Positions 60,259 through 64,000 of a stretch of 64,000 nt of DNA are shown one piece after another (the stretch's first letter is position 1; every line of letters starts with the position of its first letter). Under the pieces are notes generated by a model, which was given only the letters and a program-made list of their open reading frames with translations, searched no databases and had not been told where the DNA came from. Origin of the DNA: Candidatus Omnitrophota bacterium. GTDB lineage: Bacteria; Omnitrophota; Gorgyraeia; JABMRG01. The stretch spans positions 50,458 to 114,457 of the forward strand of contig JAQUQI010000001.1 in NCBI GenBank assembly GCA_028716165.1, in the 5' to 3' direction. Both the position numbers and the translations under genes were made by a program.

Positions 60259-62058
60259 TCAATTTTTCTCTTGCTGTCTTTTAGTTACACAAACTAAAAG
60301 GCAAATACTGAGCCATAAAAGAAATAACGATGAATTACTGCTTATATCTAACGAATTTATCAGACCATGGCAAACCCTATTCCTTAAATTTGGGCCATAC
60401 TTTTTTATGAGGAGCGAACGCATTTCCCATACTAAATCTTTTCCAAAGATAGCTTCTGCGCTCTGGTCATTTAATAATTGATTTAAGTCGCGTTCCTCTT
60501 GCACCCCGCTCGACGAAACCGATGTTGTTTTAAGCCCATTTAAGCCAAAAAGCATCCTTATAGAATTCTCAATCTGGGGGACAATAAAGTGAATAAATGT
60601 CAGATAGTCGCCCTCAAATCCGGCAATCAAAGCCCTCTCAAAGATATCCGTTCGATCTTTTGGCACAAAGATGCTCTTTCCAACTAATTCCTTTATAGTA
60701 TCCCGCCATGATTCCTCTGATTGAAGAAATAAGTCAACACCTCTTTTTATCGTCGTACAAGCCGAAAGACTTTGACCGAGATTATATCCTTTGATTATTT
60801 GCGCCTTAAGGCTACCTTCATAATCCTCAGTCATGCCAGGTATTTTCGCAGTAACGTTTCCCTCATCTTCAATTATGTGGGCACCAATAATTCCTTGCAG
60901 CGGATGCTCTTTAAGCATTTTTTCAGCAGACGCTTTCTCCTGGTCGTAATTAAATGGTCTGTGCAAGGCGGCAAAAGCCTCGATTGCCTCGATTCCTTTC
61001 TTGCCCTGTATTAAGTCGTCAGCGATTTTTATTAATGGGCCTGCGTCAATAGTTGGACTTTTTATCACCTTCATTTGACTGATTGAAATTTTGTTTGCTT
61101 CCTTCAATTCATGTACTAACTCTTCCGCTCGCTTTTTGTCACCTGCCGCTCGGTATGCGTGAATAGCTTGCTCAATCCTATGTGCCAAGTTTAAGCCGTC
61201 ACAACCTTGAGGAGTCTTAAAAGCCTGTGCTTCGTCTTCCCAATGTTTAGCTATGGCTAACTTTGCTTCCTTTGCCTTTTCAGGCTTGTCCGCATAACTA
61301 TAACATGTTGCCGCATATTCATAGTATTTTCGAGGGGCATCACAACCGGGAGAAATTGGAAAACCTTTGGCAATTTCTACCGCCTTCCCAGCAAGCTCTT
61401 CCCAATTGTCAACAAGCTTATTCTCGATTAAAAGCTCTAAAAGCGAAGACGGCCAATAATCCTGTTTCGCATTAAAGCATGTCTTCATGCTTTCTTCAAA
61501 GAGACTCAGAATCTTATCTCGGACAGTCTGCCTTTCTTGAGCTTTCTCACCCAACTCCATAGCTATTTGCGTAGCTCGTTTAAGCCATTCACTTCTCGGC
61601 ACCCAACACTCATCCTTATCCTCGTCAACAGATTGCAAATATGCCTTTACGGCTTTCTGCGCAAACAAATAATTTCTGCGTCTTATCCAAAGGACATCAC
61701 TAATTCTGGCAACAAATTGAAGATTAGTAAATACAGTTAATACTTCTTCAAGTTCCGACAATTCTGTGTCGCTCAAATCTTCAGGCATCATTGTTCTTCC
61801 CTGTGGCCCTGACATAAGTGGCCCAAATGGCTGTTTCTCGCCCCATTGAAAAAACATCGAGAAAACGCCCCAAAGTAGCCGCATAAATTCTTCCAATTCC
61901 TTATCATCAGCCTTCTTAGCGGCATCTTGCCTCTGCCTAAACGAAGATAAAAAATCGGTAAACTTCTTTCCCTGAACATCGGCAATAGCCTCTTTACAAG
62001 CACATATTAACTTTTCACTTAATTTTGACATCTTCTTTATCCATCTGCTAAATCTCAT
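60259..62058 (-). CDS. large hypothetical protein with C-terminal HEPN-like motif (DUF4209-like)
   Basis: 599 aa. The C-terminal GPNLRNRVCHGL fits the HEPN Rx4-6H motif. Confidence 0.35.
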   Translation of the reverse strand: MRFSRWIKKMSKLSEKLICACKEAIADVQGKKFTDFLSSFRQRQDAAKKADDKELEEFMRLLWGVFSMFFQWGEKQPFGPLMSGPQGRTMMPEDLSDTELSELEEVLTVFTNLQFVARISDVLWIRRRNYLFAQKAVKAYLQSVDEDKDECWVPRSEWLKRATQIAMELGEKAQERQTVRDKILSLFEESMKTCFNAKQDYWPSSLLELLIENKLVDNWEELAGKAVEIAKGFPISPGCDAPRKYYEYAATCYSYADKPEKAKEAKLAIAKHWEDEAQAFKTPQGCDGLNLAHRIEQAIHAYRAAGDKKRAEELVHELKEANKISISQMKVIKSPTIDAGPLIKIADDLIQGKKGIEAIEAFAALHRPFNYDQEKASAEKMLKEHPLQGIIGAHIIEDEGNVTAKIPGMTEDYEGSLKAQIIKGYNLGQSLSACTTIKRGVDLFLQSEESWRDTIKELVGKSIFVPKDRTDIFERALIAGFEGDYLTFIHFIVPQIENSIRMLFGLNGLKTTSVSSSGVQEERDLNQLLNDQSAEAIFGKDLVWEMRSLLIKKYGPNLRNRVCHGLINSLDISSNSSLFLLWLSICLLVCVTKRQQEKN

Positions 62059-62127
62059 TTAAATACTTTACGATAGTCATGCAACACTGCATTCCTTAAA
62101 AGCGCCACCTTTTAGGGTTTTTATTTT

Positions 62128-63099
62128 TCACCAAGCTGTTACACGATAATCTTTCCCGTCCTTTCCAGTCCCTTCAAAAGTGCGAGGGATTGTCAGGTTA
62201 AAGTTTCTCAATCCTTTTGTAATTTCCATTTTTAAAGATTTGCGCCTTTTCTCATCAAGCAAGGCATAATCAAGTTCTTGCAAAATATATTTTTTTCTGT
62301 CCGCGCTCTTTTGATTGCGTCTTTTTTGATCCCTTAGCAATATTAAAAGTATTATAATTGCTTTTCTTGTATATCGTGAGATAAGGCTTCGATCAGGGTC
62401 ATACGATAAAGATCCTCCTCCATGAACTAATGTGCTTCGTTTATTATAAAATGATTTTAGCTTTTCAAAACTTTCTATCGGGTCGATACCACAAAAGCTG
62501 AGTAAAAAACTCGCTCGTTGTGCTAATTTGTATTTGATATCTATAGGCGCATCATTAAATAGCGCCTCCATGCTAATCATCGCATTAACGAAGCCTTCGT
62601 CACTATGAATAGATTTTTTATTTGCTTCGTGGAAGTATTCTAAGGCCACAGCTAAAAATTTGTTCTGATTAACAATATCAATATACTTATCATGAAGCTT
62701 ACCAATGAACCCCAAGAACTTGTGAGCATATTTTTCTATACCATCCACAGCTTCATTAGGTATAGATGTAGTGATTGAACAGGAAAAAAGTGGTTTCTTT
62801 CCAAGCTCACTTTCGGAAGATATTGATCTCCCACCACCACAAGTTAAATCAGGAGAATTCGGCGTTATCAAACAAGATACCCATAAATAGGGGATTATTT
62901 TATTCTCGTTATCTGTCGTTTTATTATCATCACCTAACAGATAGGCAATAAGATTGTCGCCCTTTTTCTCTAGCAACAACTCGCCTTTTTTTAACCAGAC
63001 TTTTTTCTTCAGATGTACCTGTCTAGGAATTAGCCCATCTATCGTAAAATTCCACTGGTATAACTTTGAATTAACTTTTCCACTCATACCATGCATCAT
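62128..63099 (-). CDS. hypothetical HEPN-motif protein (Abi-like)
   Basis: 323 aa. YNKRSTLVHGGG fits the Rx4-6H HEPN motif. Confidence 0.35.
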   Translation of the reverse strand: MMHGMSGKVNSKLYQWNFTIDGLIPRQVHLKKKVWLKKGELLLEKKGDNLIAYLLGDDNKTTDNENKIIPYLWVSCLITPNSPDLTCGGGRSISSESELGKKPLFSCSITTSIPNEAVDGIEKYAHKFLGFIGKLHDKYIDIVNQNKFLAVALEYFHEANKKSIHSDEGFVNAMISMEALFNDAPIDIKYKLAQRASFLLSFCGIDPIESFEKLKSFYNKRSTLVHGGGSLSYDPDRSLISRYTRKAIIILLILLRDQKRRNQKSADRKKYILQELDYALLDEKRRKSLKMEITKGLRNFNLTIPRTFEGTGKDGKDYRVTAW

Positions 63100-63212
63100 A
63101 TAATTCTGCCTCGCCTTCTTCTGCCAAATCCTGTTTTATCCCTATTAATCTCTATCGCCCTTTCTACCCATTACGAATATCAACGGCTTCCGTTTACCAG
63201 ATGGTGCTTAAA

Positions 63213-63337
63213 TAACATACGTAGACGTCCTATTTGGTAACACCCTACATACTACATATAGCGGGGCGCTAAAAGTAAAAAGTTTTTTATATCCATTTGG
63301 CAGGGTGTAACTAAATAGGACGCCTGCTAATACCTAC
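63213..63337. repeat. copy 4 of the ~118-bp repeat (with 7-bp internal duplication)
   Basis: Alignment to the other copies. ACATACT is duplicated at 63247-63260. Confidence 0.85.
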
Positions 63338-63443
63338 TGCATAATCCGAATCATTGGTGATAAACCGAAAAATGTTCTTAGGCTCATGGTTCTCCAAGAA
63401 CTTCTCGAATTCACCTTTATTTCCAGCGAGAACAAGAATCATT

Positions 63444-64000
63444 TTAGCTCTTTCCATTAGCCATACGCAGTAGATCGTTCTGTGTCTCATAAACGCATGA
63501 TGCTATCAACTTAATAAAATCCGTGTCGCTTTTATGCGCTTTTTCAAGAGCGCTGATGTATTCCGACCGTTTAAGCGGCGGGATTATTGCAATGATGTAT
63601 CCTGCCTGCATAAGCGCCACATTCATTAAAAGTCTGGCCACTCGTCCATTGCCGTCAACAAACGGATGAATAAACACAAATTCTTTATGAAACTTGGCGG
63701 CATAGACAACAGGATGGGTGTCTTTCTTCAAACGGGGCAAATCCTTAATAAATTTCTGCATAATCCCGGGAAGCGCGTCTGGTGTAGGCAAAGGATATTG
63801 AGAACCCGTAATAATAGCCTGAACCTTCCGATACACACCGGCATCTTCTTCTTTGATGCGGTGATAAAAAAGCGCGTGCAACTTTTTGATATCTTCTTCC
63901 GTTATTGTTTTCCCGGTAGCAAGCGCATACATATGATCAAACGCGTCACTGTGCCCCGTGGCCTCGTAATGATCTCTAAGCGGCTTTCCGGCAATGGTGA
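63444..64000 (-). CDS. Fic/DOC family protein (5' end outside window)
   Basis: Fic motif HPFVDGNGRVARL. The frame stays open upstream of the annotated ATG at 63932 to the window edge. Confidence 0.8.
   Translation of the reverse strand, partial: TIAGKPLRDHYEATGHSDAFDHMYALATGKTITEEDIKKLHALFYHRIKEEDAGVYRKVQAIITGSQYPLPTPDALPGIMQKFIKDLPRLKKDTHPVVYAAKFHKEFVFIHPFVDGNGRVARLLMNVALMQAGYIIAIIPPLKRSEYISALEKAHKSDTDFIKLIASCVYETQNDLLRMANGKS

Noticed and set aside
1-64000. CRISPR arrays, rRNA and tRNA genes
   Set aside because: No short direct-repeat arrays with regular spacers and no rRNA-like or tRNA cloverleaf-compatible segments were seen. The only repeats are the two families described above.

Overview
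This 64-kb bacterial window has every credible gene on the minus strand. About 50 tightly packed or overlapping CDSs lie between positions 1 and ~43,900. The first ~33 kb is a surface-glycan locus. It holds a complete pseudaminic-acid pathway (PseB, PseC, PseH-like GNAT fused to an epimerase and a methyltransferase, PseG, PseI, PseF). It holds a second cytidylyltransferase, a WbqC-like protein and three TylF-family O-methyltransferases, one of them interrupted at a C8 homopolymer. It holds two B12-binding radical-SAM enzymes, assorted sugar epimerases and dehydratases, a WbpB/WbpD-like oxidoreductase-acetyltransferase fusion, an ABC exporter, two TagF-like phosphotransferases and a CDP-alcohol phosphatidyltransferase. 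It also holds a phosphonate module: a Fom1-like cytidylyltransferase-PEP mutase fusion, a split phosphonopyruvate decarboxylase and a short Fe-ADH-like gene weakly assigned as FomC-like. A housekeeping block follows: DUF1015, VanZ, FmdB, dnaJ-dnaK-grpE-hrcA with a perfect CIRCE operator and a sigma70 promoter, then hflX, miaA, a TPR-SPOR protein and miaB. From ~43.2 kb to the window end the sequence becomes accessory: a frameshifted EEP nuclease gene and a DUF1330 remnant, then a defence island. The island carries a Gabija-like gajA-gajB pair with a co-transcribed TIR-domain gene and an upstream HEPN-like gene. It carries a Type III R-M system (RHH controller, mod, res), a RES-domain toxin, a TNT-like NADase-domain protein with a small paralogue, two further HEPN-motif proteins and a 5'-truncated Fic gene. 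Two previously unrecognisable repeat families sit in the island. One is a ~118-bp element with 26-bp terminal inverted repeats, present four times immediately 5' of genes. The other is a pair of ~0.7-kb mosaic repeats, inverted and direct, bracketing the 10.6-kb Gabija/TIR/R-M segment and containing a hairpin motif with compensatory base changes. No rRNA, tRNA or CRISPR array was found. All functional calls rest on reading motifs by eye in the six-frame translations, without database searches.
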